A DNA stretch of 63,166 nucleotides, counting the filler, from Rhabdomonas costata (lineage: Eukaryota), in assembly GCA_019059605.1 (NCBI GenBank). It is 39 parts of 39 records of this genome, joined end to end, with 100 filler letters (N's around TTAATTAATTAA, not from the genome) between each part and the next. Parts side by side here need not be neighbours in the genome. Positions count along the whole stretch, not along the records: positions 35,696 to 37,217 come from JAHMHO010013884.1; positions 37,318 to 38,840 come from JAHMHO010013885.1; positions 38,941 to 40,462 come from JAHMHO010013886.1; positions 40,563 to 42,084 come from JAHMHO010013887.1; positions 42,185 to 43,709 come from JAHMHO010013888.1; positions 43,810 to 45,330 come from JAHMHO010013889.1; positions 45,431 to 46,950 come from JAHMHO010013890.1; positions 47,051 to 48,570 come from JAHMHO010013891.1; 31 more parts are not named here. One strand, given 5' to 3'. How positions within the stretch are numbered: the stretch's first letter is position 1; the number at the start of each line of letters is the position of its first letter. The notes beneath the pieces are model-generated. The model was given only the letters and a program-made list of their open reading frames with translations, did not search any database and was not told the DNA's origin. The position numbers and the translations under genes were made by a program. This document shows positions 36,972 through 48,670 of the stretch, piece after piece.

Positions 36972-38945
36972 CTAGGGGATCACAACGAAAAAAAGCAACA
37001 GAGGCAGGAGGCCACGGTCTACTGAACCCCAAAACATAGCCAACCCAAACGAAGCCCGGCATGGAAGCGCTGCACGTCTTCCGCATACATGAGAAAGAAC
37101 AACCAGGCCAGGTCCTACGGTTCCAGTTCGGGCCCCAGTTCCGGTTCCCGTCCGGGCCCCAGGAGGTTCATCTGGGAAGTCACCCAGCAATGGAGTAAAC
37201 ATTTCAGCCAAACCAACNNNNNNNNNNNNNNNNNNNNNNNNNNNNNNNNNNNNNNNNNNNNTTAATTAATTAANNNNNNNNNNNNNNNNNNNNNNNNNNN
37301 NNNNNNNNNNNNNNNNNGTTGTTTTGTTTCGCGTCTCAGCCCTGCTCTTGCCATCTTTGCCATTCTCCTTGGTCTTCGGGAACGGAATACTCTGCGTCGT
37401 TTCCTTGTGTGTGCCCTTCAGGTACACTCATTGGGTCATTCTCAAGAAACCTACCAGCCTCTCCTGCACATCTCTTATTCCCTCTCCCCTTCTCCTGCCC
37501 CTTCCCCCCGCCATGGCAAAGCAAGATGAAGCATTTGTTACCGGTTTGTTGTGCGGAGATGAACTGTGTGACTAATGTACCTCTTTGCGTGACTTAACCT
37601 TTGTATGCGTCCTTCCTTCCTGATGTGCGGCACCATGATAATCTAGACATAGGCTTGCGTGGGGCTTGTTGTGCGGAAAGCTTCACCGCCCAGGAGCTTT
37701 TCCGCCATGTCTCCCTGTCACCCCTGCACTTTTTTCGCCCTGCCCCACCCCACTGGTTTTGGCGTGCGTCTGTCCTTTTGTGTGGCTGCTCCTAAATCCC
37801 TGGCGGTTTCCCCACGGTGCCCTTCCCCGGAATGTGTGTGTACAGTGGGTATGTGCACCGTCCCCAGGAGCAAAGGTGGGGGACTCCAACGTTGCCCTTC
37901 TACTGATACGTGGAACGAGAACAACGAAATTGAATCCTTTCCGGATCCAACTGCAGCTGAGCTGAGGGCTTTGGCCTTCTGCACTGCGCTCCTGGCCCTG
38001 TTCCCCTCCCCTTTCTTTGCGTTTCCTTGTGTTCTTTTATGTTCGGAAGTGTTTTTGATTTTCCCTGCTTTCTTTCCGCATTTGCTTTGAATAAAACCCG
38101 CGCCTTGCTCTCTCACTTTCTTGTTTTGTATACATCATTGTTCTTTTGCTTGTCAGTCTTCCTCTCTGGGGTGCCTTCTGCCCAACCGAGTCCCTTTTCT
38201 GTTCCCGTCTGGCCTCCCAGAAGTCCGAGTCTCAGAGGATCGCCGGCCCCTGCGTTGCGTTGACTGCACCTTACTTTCTCGCGGACTGCTGCCACAACCG
38301 TTGATTTTACAACGTTTCGTCCTCTTCAGTGTCTTTGGCGGGGTTCAAGTGGTTTCGGCCCCACGCATGTGTGGCAGGTCGGGTCCTTTATCACGGCCGA
38401 TGCACCGTGGTACAGCTTCAGCTGTCAGTTGCATTCTCCAACACAGAACCGGACGGTTTAGAAAAGGTGCCTTCTGCCTTCGAGAGGCCCCGAAATTCAC
38501 TGATATTGCATGGGTTTGGTCTTTCTTCAGGTCTCATTTTAATTTTTCTTTTCCATTCTCTTTTCCATTCTCTATTCTCTTTTCTCTTTTCTCTTTTGCT
38601 CTGCTTCTCGCGATGCGGCCTGACGAGCACCCAGCAAACGACTGGGCTCATGCCCAGGATTCGGACGCAAGCGTCTCGGAGACTACGTCCACCACTGCAA
38701 TTTCTGACGAGGTGATGCTGCTTTTATGCTTTTATTTTAATTGTTTGCGGAGAGAGCCCACACACCACCTGCGAGAATTCTTTTTGTGTTTGCATTGTGG
38801 TTTCCTTTTCCGGGTGTGAATGGTTAGATGAACCAACACANNNNNNNNNNNNNNNNNNNNNNNNNNNNNNNNNNNNNNNNNNNNTTAATTAATTAANNNN
38901 NNNNNNNNNNNNNNNNNNNNNNNNNNNNNNNNNNNNNNNNTGTTT

Positions 38946-40058
38946 TTGGGTCACCGGATACTGTGGCGAGAGCTGGCTTCTGCCGTGGTTTTTTCTTCCG
39001 AGCGGATGAATGGGGATGATGTTTCTTTCGCTGCCAGTGGCCTTTCCAGCGTTCCTTCGCTTTTGGACGAGGATGCGCTTTGGGAAACGTTGGCGGACCG
39101 AGCGGCGGCCTTGATTAACGATATGCTGCCGCAGAACATAGTGAACTGTATAAAGGGGTTTTCGAAAGTTCCAGCCGCCCTTTTGATGGTTGACATGTGG
39201 AAGTCTTTGGCGTTTGGTGCCACCCACTATGGAGCACTGCTGGAGCCGGAACAGCTCCTGGATTGTGTGGGAGGGTTCACCAAGGTCTCTACCACGCACA
39301 ACGACGTGCGTCTGTGGACATCTTTGTCTGCAAGAGCCTCTGTGCTCGCCGAACGTATGGATGTTCCGCAGGTACTGTCGTCGGTTGCCGGATTTGCCCA
39401 GGCTCCGTCTGGCCTGGACAGAAGCGTGCCATGGGAAGCCCTGGCGGGGCGGGCGGCCGTCCTTGCTTCCGAAATGAGCCCCGTGGAGGTAATTCGGACC
39501 GTGAGTGAGTTCACCAGGGTTGCTACATTCTTGGCCGATAACATTGTGTGGATCCCGCTCTGCTGGAGAGCGATCTCCCTGCTACCCACGATGAGCCCAG
39601 AGCAGCTCGCGGCCTGCATTTATGGGTTTGCTGTTAGCCCCGTGCTTGTGGAGAATGCGGCATTGTGGGAAAACTTTGCGCTGAGAGCCCTGCCGAATGT
39701 CCCTGCGATGGGGCCGTCCCCACTTGCCCTGTGTGTCTATGGGTTCTCCAGGATCCATGGCACGGCTGGAATGGTGGACCTGTGGAAGGCTCTGGCGGAC
39801 CGGGCATTGGACGGGCTGGAAGGGATGTCTGGACATGAGCTCGCACTGTGTATGGCGGGGTTCTCGAAGGTCCCGGGAACCGCCCGGAATACCGCGTTGT
39901 GGAGCAGCATGAGCTTGGCCGCCAAGCATCGGGTGAAGGAGATGGACCGGGTGGACATAGCGTGCTGTGGTGACGCCTTATCCATGGCTGCGTCTGCGCA
40001 GATGGCCGAAGAAGTTTGGCAGGAACTGTTCACGGCACTGTGGTTGCAGAATTGGTGA
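38946..40058 (+). CDS. Helical-repeat protein with nine tandem 39-aa repeats (5'-partial)
   Basis: An xW dipeptide recurs every 117 nt from 38961 to 40014; consensus LWxxLAxRAxxxxxxMxPxxLxxCxxGFSKV; stop at 40058. Confidence 0.9.
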   Translation: MGHRILWRELASAVVFSSERMNGDDVSFAASGLSSVPSLLDEDALWETLADRAAALINDMLPQNIVNCIKGFSKVPAALLMVDMWKSLAFGATHYGALLEPEQLLDCVGGFTKVSTTHNDVRLWTSLSARASVLAERMDVPQVLSSVAGFAQAPSGLDRSVPWEALAGRAAVLASEMSPVEVIRTVSEFTRVATFLADNIVWIPLCWRAISLLPTMSPEQLAACIYGFAVSPVLVENAALWENFALRALPNVPAMGPSPLALCVYGFSRIHGTAGMVDLWKALADRALDGLEGMSGHELALCMAGFSKVPGTARNTALWSSMSLAAKHRVKEMDRVDIACCGDALSMAASAQMAEEVWQELFTALWLQNW

Positions 40059-40747
40059 ATTCTGGTAAGGATTTGGGGGGCTTTCGAGAAGAAAGACATT
40101 AAACCGGAACCCGAAAAGGTGTTTCAAAAAAGAATTCATGTCCGCCCCACTGAAGCTGCCCCTTGCCGAGTGTGCTGGTGAAGCTATCTTACCCCAGAGG
40201 ACAAAAGAGGACCGCTGCTTTTGTTGGGGGGGGGGGCAGGGTGGTGGTGTGGTGCGGTTGTATCAAAATAGCGATCCAAACATCATTGTCAGTTTCATCA
40301 TTTCCCTTCATTTCGAAAGTATAGTATAGTAAAGTAGCTGCTCAGGGGACACTGAAGCAATACGGTACATCTGGCAGAGTTTTTGTGCTCACCTAGGAAA
40401 AAATGACTCCATCGAAACCGGGCCAAAACAAAATATTTATCGCAACCAACGTTTGTGCCATGNNNNNNNNNNNNNNNNNNNNNNNNNNNNNNNNNNNNNN
40501 NNNNNNTTAATTAATTAANNNNNNNNNNNNNNNNNNNNNNNNNNNNNNNNNNNNNNNNNNNNTGCTAGAGAATAGTTGGAAGTATGGAGCATTCAAGAGG
40601 GGAAAATAGAGGCAATGTAATGAAAGAAGAGATACACGTGCCATCGTCCCACAGCCCACATCAAAGCAGCACAAGCAGCGCCTGTAGGATACATTTTTAC
40701 AGCGGGCACATCACTCTCAGCGAATGGAGCGATGGACTACCTACGAC

Positions 40748-41915
40748 CATCTCCGGCGAAGCGATGTCACTGATTTTAAGCGGTTTGAAGATCTGCATTC
40801 TCAAGACATGGGGACTAACTTTGGGGTATGGGAAGACTTGGGAGCAGCACCTTCCAGTGGAAAACAAAGTCCATGGTTCCTGTGTTCCGAAGGGTGATTG
40901 TCCTCTGGGCCACCTCCTTGACGGCGCAGAACCCGAACTCCACCACGGATTCCACCTCATGTGCGATGAAGGGCACATTGCACTGCAGCTCCACCAGAAA
41001 CGTGCCCTGCTCAGTCACAATCTGCAGTAGTGAAAAAACCAATATGTGGTAACCTGGAGTTGATCAAACTTCCTTTCAGCCTTCCACCGTCCAATCACAA
41101 ACCACTGCAAAGCACTGCAAGGCTGGAGGCGAGATACGACGCCCGAGCGACAGAAAAAAAAAGCTCCACATTTACCCCCCACCCCCTTAAGGTCAGGCCA
41201 GTTCAGCCTTTTCGTGCGATTTTGGTCCAGCACGAAAATGACTTGGGGTGGAAAGCGTTCTCGCTGTGGCATACAAATTCACTTTGCCAACATTCCTTTT
41301 CCCAAGCAAGGGTAAAGTTGTACGTGTGCGTGCGTGTATGGGACTCATGATGGCTCTCTCAAGGCAATTTTTGGCCAGTTCCAAGAAGCTGCCAGCCGTG
41401 TCTCGTCCGTCTTTCCGAAACAATGTGCAAAGTGCAATTCTCTGTCACGAAGCACCTCAATAGCGTCGGAGTAGGGCACAAGGTCCAGAGGACGGAAGCG
41501 GATCTGAAGAGGGAAGCTGATTCCCGGGCTGAGGGAGTGCGGAAGTGGAAACTCGAGAAAAAAAATGCTCTTGTACTTGGGCAGGTTGTGGGTAATCACT
41601 TGAGTGGTGTTCAGGCAGTTCCGCAGGTGAAGCACCTGAGAATAAAGTTTTCGTGCGAACAAGCAAGAACGGCAAGACGCTTAAAAGAACGACACATGAA
41701 AGAAAATAAATGGCAAAAATGATAAAATGGTAAACCTTGGGGTATTCACCGCCCGGGCTCCAACTGTTCCACACCAGCTTGTCAGCGCAGTCCACACCAA
41801 ACTTGCGGATCTTCTGATCCCGCGTGTAGCTGGAGCCCAGCACTGGACCAGAGGTCCTCTCACCGAAGCTCACGGCGGGAGAGTCAGCCACAGTGCCCGA
41901 GACTGTGGGAGGCAT
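40748..41915 (-). CDS. CFAP65: Cilia- and flagella-associated protein 65, 5' exons
   Basis: ATG at 41915; exons 41915-41736, 41635-41456, 41021-40851 (possibly also 40792-40748): FGVDCADKLVWNSWSPGGEY..LRN..LSPGISFPLQIRFRPL..YSDAIE..GTFLVEL..FGFCAVKE..LRNTG..FHW. Confidence 0.85.
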
Positions 41916-42943
41916 TGCTTGTAGAAAAAACAACACGAAGAAAAAACAGCTGACAACTGAAAAGAAAGCAAGAAGACAAAAGTCTTGTTCTCGCCTGAAG
42001 TAAGCGCTTGGGTGAGGCGTTAGAGCAAAATAAAAATGATCCGCATCCGACTGTTTTACTGCAGTGTTCAGGCCCCACCCCCCTNNNNNNNNNNNNNNNN
42101 NNNNNNNNNNNNNNNNNNNNNNNNNNNNTTAATTAATTAANNNNNNNNNNNNNNNNNNNNNNNNNNNNNNNNNNNNNNNNNNNNGGGTGTGTGTGACGTG
42201 TCCTTGCGCTGCGTGTTCTGTACAACTGTTGGTGTTTTGGTGCGTTCGCGCTGCTGCTGTGACACGACGGGCATTGGGGTGAGAGTGTGCGCCGTGCCCA
42301 ACCACACGCACATGCACACACACGGGGAGCCGTGTGCTTTCTTGGGTGCCGGATGGCGCCCCAAGAATTGCGCTGTGGGGAGGGGGGTCTCGCTGATGAG
42401 GACGCGGGTTTCGCATTTCGGTCTGCTCGACGGGTGACCAAGCAATGTGAGAGTGTGCGCCGTGCCCATCCACACACACACACACACACACACACGGAAC
42501 GGAACGGAACGGAACGGAAGTTCTGCAGCAGCGACAAGCGCAGTGAGCCCGACCGCGTAACTCACCAAATTGCGACTTGCTTTTCAGCCTTGGGTGCACG
42601 GTCAGAGACTTCGCCCTTTCCCCTTTCCCATCCCATCTGCTTCCTTGAACCCCTCCTTCCTCCTTCCCCCGCCCTATTTCCAGATGAACCTGTCCTCTTC
42701 TTCCATTGCAAACAATTCTTTCTCTCCTCGCTGTTCAGGTAGCCTTCCAGGTGGACCTATCTAGTTTCTGCCACTATCGCTGGACAATGAGGGATCGGGT
42801 GGGCAAGCAAGCAATCAGACATATGCATTAGGCTTGGGCAATGAAGGTCCGAATTGTTTTAAAACACGGGTCACGCGCCAACTAAAGCCAACAACAACAT
42901 CACGTGCAAAGAAAAAAAAATGCAATTCATGGCAGACACTCAC

Positions 42944-43709
42944 CCGCATAAATGTGGACAAAGAGTCGTTGTCGTCCACCGGGGTGGCCTTGGGTGGTGG
43001 AGCCTTCAGCGATTTATGCCAAGGATAGTCAGAGGAGCCCAACTGTACTGCAGAAGGAGCAGCCTGAACGGCGAACGGGGAGGGGGGGGAGTTGGCCAAA
43101 AAAGAATTGCCTGCTGGTTTTCACAAAATAAGAGCTGGACGTTACCTTGACAGGTTCCTGCCTGACGAAGCCAAGGTGCGGCGGCAGTTCCGCTGAAAAA
43201 ATGCGGTAATGATTACGTCACGGCGAAGGCCCAACGGAGCACCGAAATTCCCAGCCTCAAATTTTAGCAGTGGGCGCAGTGGACGAACCGAAAACAACAT
43301 AAGCCATTTGATTTCATTTGAATCCTTGATTCCGTCTGGGTTCCAATGGAATCCATGACCACTGGCTCTGATAATTCCGGTTTTTTCCGGGGTTTACAAA
43401 GGCGGTGACCGTTCCTTCTTTTACAGTTTCCAAATAATGTTTTGAATAGTTGTAGCAAAATTTTGCGCATAAATCTTACCCGTCTTGCTTAAATCCGACT
43501 TGAACCTCTGCTCGAATGTAAAGAAGCAAAGGAAAAGATTGGACGCATGCTGACCATTGTTGGTGGACTTCGTGGTGGGCGGATCGGTACCCAGCACGTA
43601 GTGAGTAGCGCGGTGGTCGGCTATCTGGGATTTTGCGTCGAGGCGAGTGTTTCCCACACCAGGAGGAACGAATTCCCTTCGATGGGTGGTTTCCAAGTCA
43701 ACACCCACC
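42944..43709 (-). CDS. Probable axonemal microtubule-inner-protein-like exons (SAXO/TEX45-like repeats)
   Basis: ETTHRREFVPP and ATHYVLGTD (43709-43555) and SAVQLGSSD..STFMR (43063-42944) resemble Mn-motif and S.+.LG repeats. Confidence 0.45.
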
Positions 43710-44216
43710 NNNNNNNNNNNNNNNNNNNNNNNNNNNNNNNNNNNNNNNNNNNNTTAATTAATTAANNNNNNNNNNNNNNNNNNNNNNNNNNNNNNNNNNN
43801 NNNNNNNNNGTGGGTGGTGACACTCTTCCTGGGATAAATTCTTCGTGCTCAGTGGTGGTCTTTTTCTATGTCCCAACGCATGCTTTCCGTGAGAAGCACC
43901 GCCTAAAGCACCTTCAAGGAATGATTCTCACCTCCTGTCCCCTCACCCATTTCTCTGCGTCTCGCCATTTCTGAATTTTTTGGTTTGTGAGGCTCGTGTC
44001 AGGCTTGTAAACAGCTTTTCCGCCTGTACTCTTTCTTGACCTTTGTTTGCACACCAGTGGGTGTCTGTGCGTGCGGACGCTTTGTGCGGGATTCAGTCTT
44101 CGGAAAAGAATAAAGGCGCGATTTAGTCGATTTAGCAGTCGAGCACGAAATTTTGGCTCGCAGCATAAAAACAGAAAAAGAATTGAACCTGACCAGGTTA
44201 TGACTCTTCTCCGCAG

Positions 44217-45087
44217 AGACATTCTCGGCTCGAACATCGACATCCACACGGGTGGGATTGACCTGAGGTTTCCTCACCACGAAAACGAGCTCGCCCAGTC
44301 TGAGGTATGCTGGAGGGGTCCGCTCGTGTCCTGAAAGTGCTGGGAGGGGGGCCAACGGCAAGTTTCGCGCCTGTGCACTTCCTCACTTTGGGGTGCCTTC
44401 CCGAAAACCCGTCTCGGTTAAGGCTGACGATGGCGTCGTTGGAAACTGCGGGGGCGATTCCGTTCGATGCAGTTACGATTTCCTCGGGAAGTCTCTCCCG
44501 CTGCTCGGTGCTTGTGGTCTGGTTTGTACCCCGCTTTATCCTACGCGTGCAGGCTTGCTTTGGGTGCAAGCAGTGGATCAACTACTTCCTCCATGCCGGT
44601 GTGTTGGCCTGCGCAGCACCTGATGTGTCAACACAGAGATGCCGTGTCTTCCACAGCTTCCTCACGTCTTCGGTCATGTGTGATGTTCTGAAGCTTTCTC
44701 GGAAACAGGGACCAAACTTCGTTCACAGTGTGAATGTGTGTGAAGCAGCACCTCAATTTGTTCCCGCTTAGGCCACTTGCACATCGAAGGCTGCAAGATG
44801 GCCAAGTCCCTGAAGAACTTCATCTCCATTGAGGTCAGTGTGCCCACTTCCACTCACTGGTTGCTGGGGCTGCGGTGCCCTTTGCGCCGGAACACCCAAC
44901 CGCCATCTGCTTCGGAATCTTGGAATAGGGAAGTCCTAGTGGTTTTCGCTCTAACGCTCGTACGCATTGCTCCCGCAGCTTTGCAGCCTTGCAGCTTGAT
45001 AGCCCCCCACCGTCACTTTCATGTGTTGCAGGCTGCTCTGCAGCGGTACTCCGCGGATGATATCCGGCTCTTCTACCTCATGCACAA
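44217..45087 (+). CDS. CARS: Cysteinyl-tRNA synthetase, four internal exons
   Basis: Exons 44217-44304, 44553-44598, 44772-44833 and 45032-45087: [73 protein letters not shown]. All GT-AG. Confidence 0.95.
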
Positions 45088-46292
45088 GTATGCTTTTCTT
45101 GGGGCTCACAGAGGGCCCCCGCCTTCTCTCCCTGCCCCTGAATCTCATAAAGCGGGTGCAGGTTTTCGTTTGTGCTCCGCTGAGGACGTCCCTTGCGCGT
45201 TTTTGTTCTCGCTTCGCGTGTGCGCGTGAGTAGGACGAAAGAGCAACCTCCGCAGAAAAGACTCCTCTCAGTGAAAACGTACAAAAAATAGGATAATCCA
45301 GTGGAATATATATATATAATTCATTATGATNNNNNNNNNNNNNNNNNNNNNNNNNNNNNNNNNNNNNNNNNNNNTTAATTAATTAANNNNNNNNNNNNNN
45401 NNNNNNNNNNNNNNNNNNNNNNNNNNNNNNGTTGTTGTTTGGGCATCTTCTCTCACATGCAGCCACGTCCGCGAGCTTACGTGACAGAACCGAATTTCTG
45501 TCGATTCCTTTATTCATCTTCTCATCGCATTTGTGTTAATTCTTTAGGTATCTCCAGTCCATGTGTGAAGCCATTGTTCACAACAAAGGGACCCTGGACA
45601 AGGTGTGTCTGTTCGTCACAGCAGGCGCTATATTCTTTCAAGCAAGTACGCCGTGCACGCTTGAGTTGAAGAGAGCTTCCGGGGACTTTTGTAGCACTCT
45701 TTGCGAGGGTTGATGATGAGATTGCGGTCGTGCCGTCACAACCCTGCCCATCTGAGAGTCATATCCCAAGTTGTGCATGCGATGCTTAGCGTCCATTTCT
45801 AATTGGTCAGAAAGCGCAGGAAAGCAAGTTTGGCGAACTGGGATGGAACCCTGGTTTTCCCCCTTACGGCTGAACCTCGGCAGTTGGTTTGTTATAGCAC
45901 AATGTACATCAGTGAGCGCTGAAGCTACCGCGAACCGGATGAGTTTTGAACTATTAGGGCGGGCGGCGAAAACCACAACTTTACAAATCTTTTTTGCATT
46001 TGCATTCACGTGCCCTTAGGCGTTATTCGTCTCACCGGTGGTTAACTGGTGGTAACCCCCCCCCCCGCCCAGTTCTTCTCGAGTACCCTGAAGGGCGGAA
46101 AGAAGTATAGTTGCGTATGTATTTTTCTTCCCGCAGTTCTTATTTGGTTATACTTTTTTCCATTTTTTGCTCTTCTGCTGCTGAACATGTGACATTCCTG
46201 ATGAACGGTTTGCTGGAATGGATGTTTGATATGGTGGCGTGAATGTGGTATTCTGTCTGACTTGGTTTCGGGTATCCTTTATCTTTTTATAG

Positions 46293-46441
46293 TTCATCGG
46301 GGACTGCATCATGGCGGTGTGGAACGCCCCGCGCTCCGTGAAGGGCTACCAAGCGGCCTCCGTGGGTGCGGCGATGGAGATGCAGCGGCGGCTGGTGGCT
46401 CTGTGGGGGGAGTGGGGCGAGGCTGGCCTCCCTCAACTGCG
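46293..46441 (+). CDS. Class III adenylyl/guanylyl cyclase exon
   Basis: FIGDCIMAVWNAP..AAMEMQRRL..WGEAGLPQLR between a TAG acceptor and a GT donor. Not present in the supplied ORF track. Confidence 0.88.
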
Positions 46442-46635
46442 GTGTTGTGTATTGTGTGTGAGTTGAGGGGCGACAGAAGAATACCCGTGCTTGTGGGAGA
46501 GAAATAAACCTTTCACAGTCATAATCTTAAGTCTCGCGACTGCTCGAGACTCTCTTCATCTTCAGGCAGCTTATGTCCCCAACCAGGCTGCTGCCCCCCT
46601 TGTTTCACAGGGGAAGACGTGGTGGAGGTGGGGCC

Positions 46636-46744
46636 AGAGTTGCCTTCATCTCTAAGCCTAATCGAGACCAGTGTGTTAGACCGTGATATGGATTCGGGCC
46701 GACTCCGGTTTTTGACAGTATCCGTACCAGTGTTTACCCTTCAC
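46636..46744 (+). repeat. Dispersed ~110-nt element, copy C, in the intron after the cyclase exon
   Basis: Aligns end to end with 22816-22923. Confidence 0.9.
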
Positions 46745-48670
46745 GAGGCATTCCAGAAAGTGAGCGGTTCCTTCGTCCACTGATGCATTCAGATAATCGT
46801 CTGTTGAGGGTTTCTCATTCGTGCCATGTTTCTGTTGGGAATGGGATGGGATGGGATGGGATGAGAAGGGATGTTTGCATTTGCCATGGAAAGACGTTCA
46901 GGTTTCAGTTGCTCAGCATTCATTATCGGTGGCGTGGCACCCCCACCACCNNNNNNNNNNNNNNNNNNNNNNNNNNNNNNNNNNNNNNNNNNNNTTAATT
47001 AATTAANNNNNNNNNNNNNNNNNNNNNNNNNNNNNNNNNNNNNNNNNNNNGTGGGGGGGGTGCAGGAGCTTTGAAGGGGCGATTAAAATGGAACGAAATA
47101 AGGTGCCCGGGGGGCAACCAGTTGGTCTTCCCGTTTTAAAAGAATCTCGTCAAAGCAGAAAAAGTTTGTGTAACCCTTACGATGTGTACAGATCAATATG
47201 GAGGCATGAACACAGAGCTGAGAAAAGCCTGAATAACCATGAACTGTATATGAGCGCAATCTTTTCGTACACACACCACAGGGAAGGTGTTTCCGGAGGA
47301 GTACTTGCAGCTTCCACAGAGTAAGCAGTAGGGGTTGTGCCCAGCCCCTTAGCTCCTGACAAAAGAACAAGCAAATGAGAGACTAAGTGGCACGGCGTAC
47401 ATTTTACTTTTAGATTTAACTAACCCAAATCGCAACGGGTCCTCACTCTTCTGTGCATGCCCAGCGGGTTTTCTTTTGCGCTCGTGTGCTTGTCTTGGCT
47501 GCTCGCATCGCCTAAATCCCCAAACTCACGCCCATACCTGTGGGGGAGTACGGGTCTCGCACGTAGCCCCTTGGAAACATTTCTCAGTTGCAAAAGCAAG
47601 AAAAAAATGCCGGCGCTGCGGAAGATGAAGATGAACAGTTACCACCAACCCCAAAACCGAAAAGAAACAAAAAAGAACGGGCACTGCAAACAGCGACCAG
47701 TAGAAGATACCGAGGTAGATACACTGAAAGAATTTCAAGCGAGCATGGGAAAAGATAAACGCTGCGGGACGACCCAGTCGTCAAGCCCAGCCTCCCCATC
47801 GGTACTATCGGTCTTGCTCCTTTTCTAATTCATGTGGCTGAAGTTGCACGCGACAACCCTCCTGCGCTGCCGATCATAAAGCTCTTCGATTCCATGGCTG
47901 AGGGTGCTATGCAGTGCGTGTGCTATATACAGACTGTTCGAGCGAGACCTGCCCATTCCCCGTCTCACTTCTTTCAAAATCTCTCTCCATCTCTTCCTTC
48001 AACTTTGTGTATCAATCAGAGCACCAGTGGACAGGGGTGTTTGTTTCTGCGGCAGTATCCTTTCACGCTACTCTGTACACAAAGATGACCTGCAGCGGAC
48101 TCATCTAGACAACGATTGCGGACTACACGTTCACATGTTGTGTGGAGCGTTGCCCAATAGCCGAGAGCTCTGAAACGTGGAATTCACAGATTCCCTGGCG
48201 GAAAGCAGCTTCAACTGAATCGCCCTGCACTGTGTACAGCTACCCAATGCAACTAAATGGCTGCAACCACTTTCGTCTTTAATTGGCTTCCCGTGGTTTC
48301 ATGAAATCATTCTGGATTTTGGACATCACGGGGGGAGGTGGGGGCGACGCACCAAGGCTTCACCACAACATTCTGTGGCCGGACCAACGTGCAACAGATC
48401 TGTGAAATCCACCCAGCACTGGAAGAGTGAAAGCCTTGATATTTTTTCTCAGAGGGAACGATCAGGGCCTTCCTCCTCTTCTTCTCGGCGCAGGAAAGGG
48501 GAGGAAATCACAGAATACCACAGCAGTGCTACGCACCTCCCCGATCACCCCCCCCCCCCCCCGCCTTTTTNNNNNNNNNNNNNNNNNNNNNNNNNNNNNN
48601 NNNNNNNNNNNNNNTTAATTAATTAANNNNNNNNNNNNNNNNNNNNNNNNNNNNNNNNNNNNNNNNNNNN

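Noticed and set aside
42385..42435. Hammerhead ribozyme candidate (CTGATGAG-GAC..GTC)
   Set aside because: No GAAA follows the putative stem II on the same strand.
47051..48570. Short ORFs in this contig and in 16219-17741
   Set aside because: No motifs or consistent exon chains; treated as intronic or intergenic.
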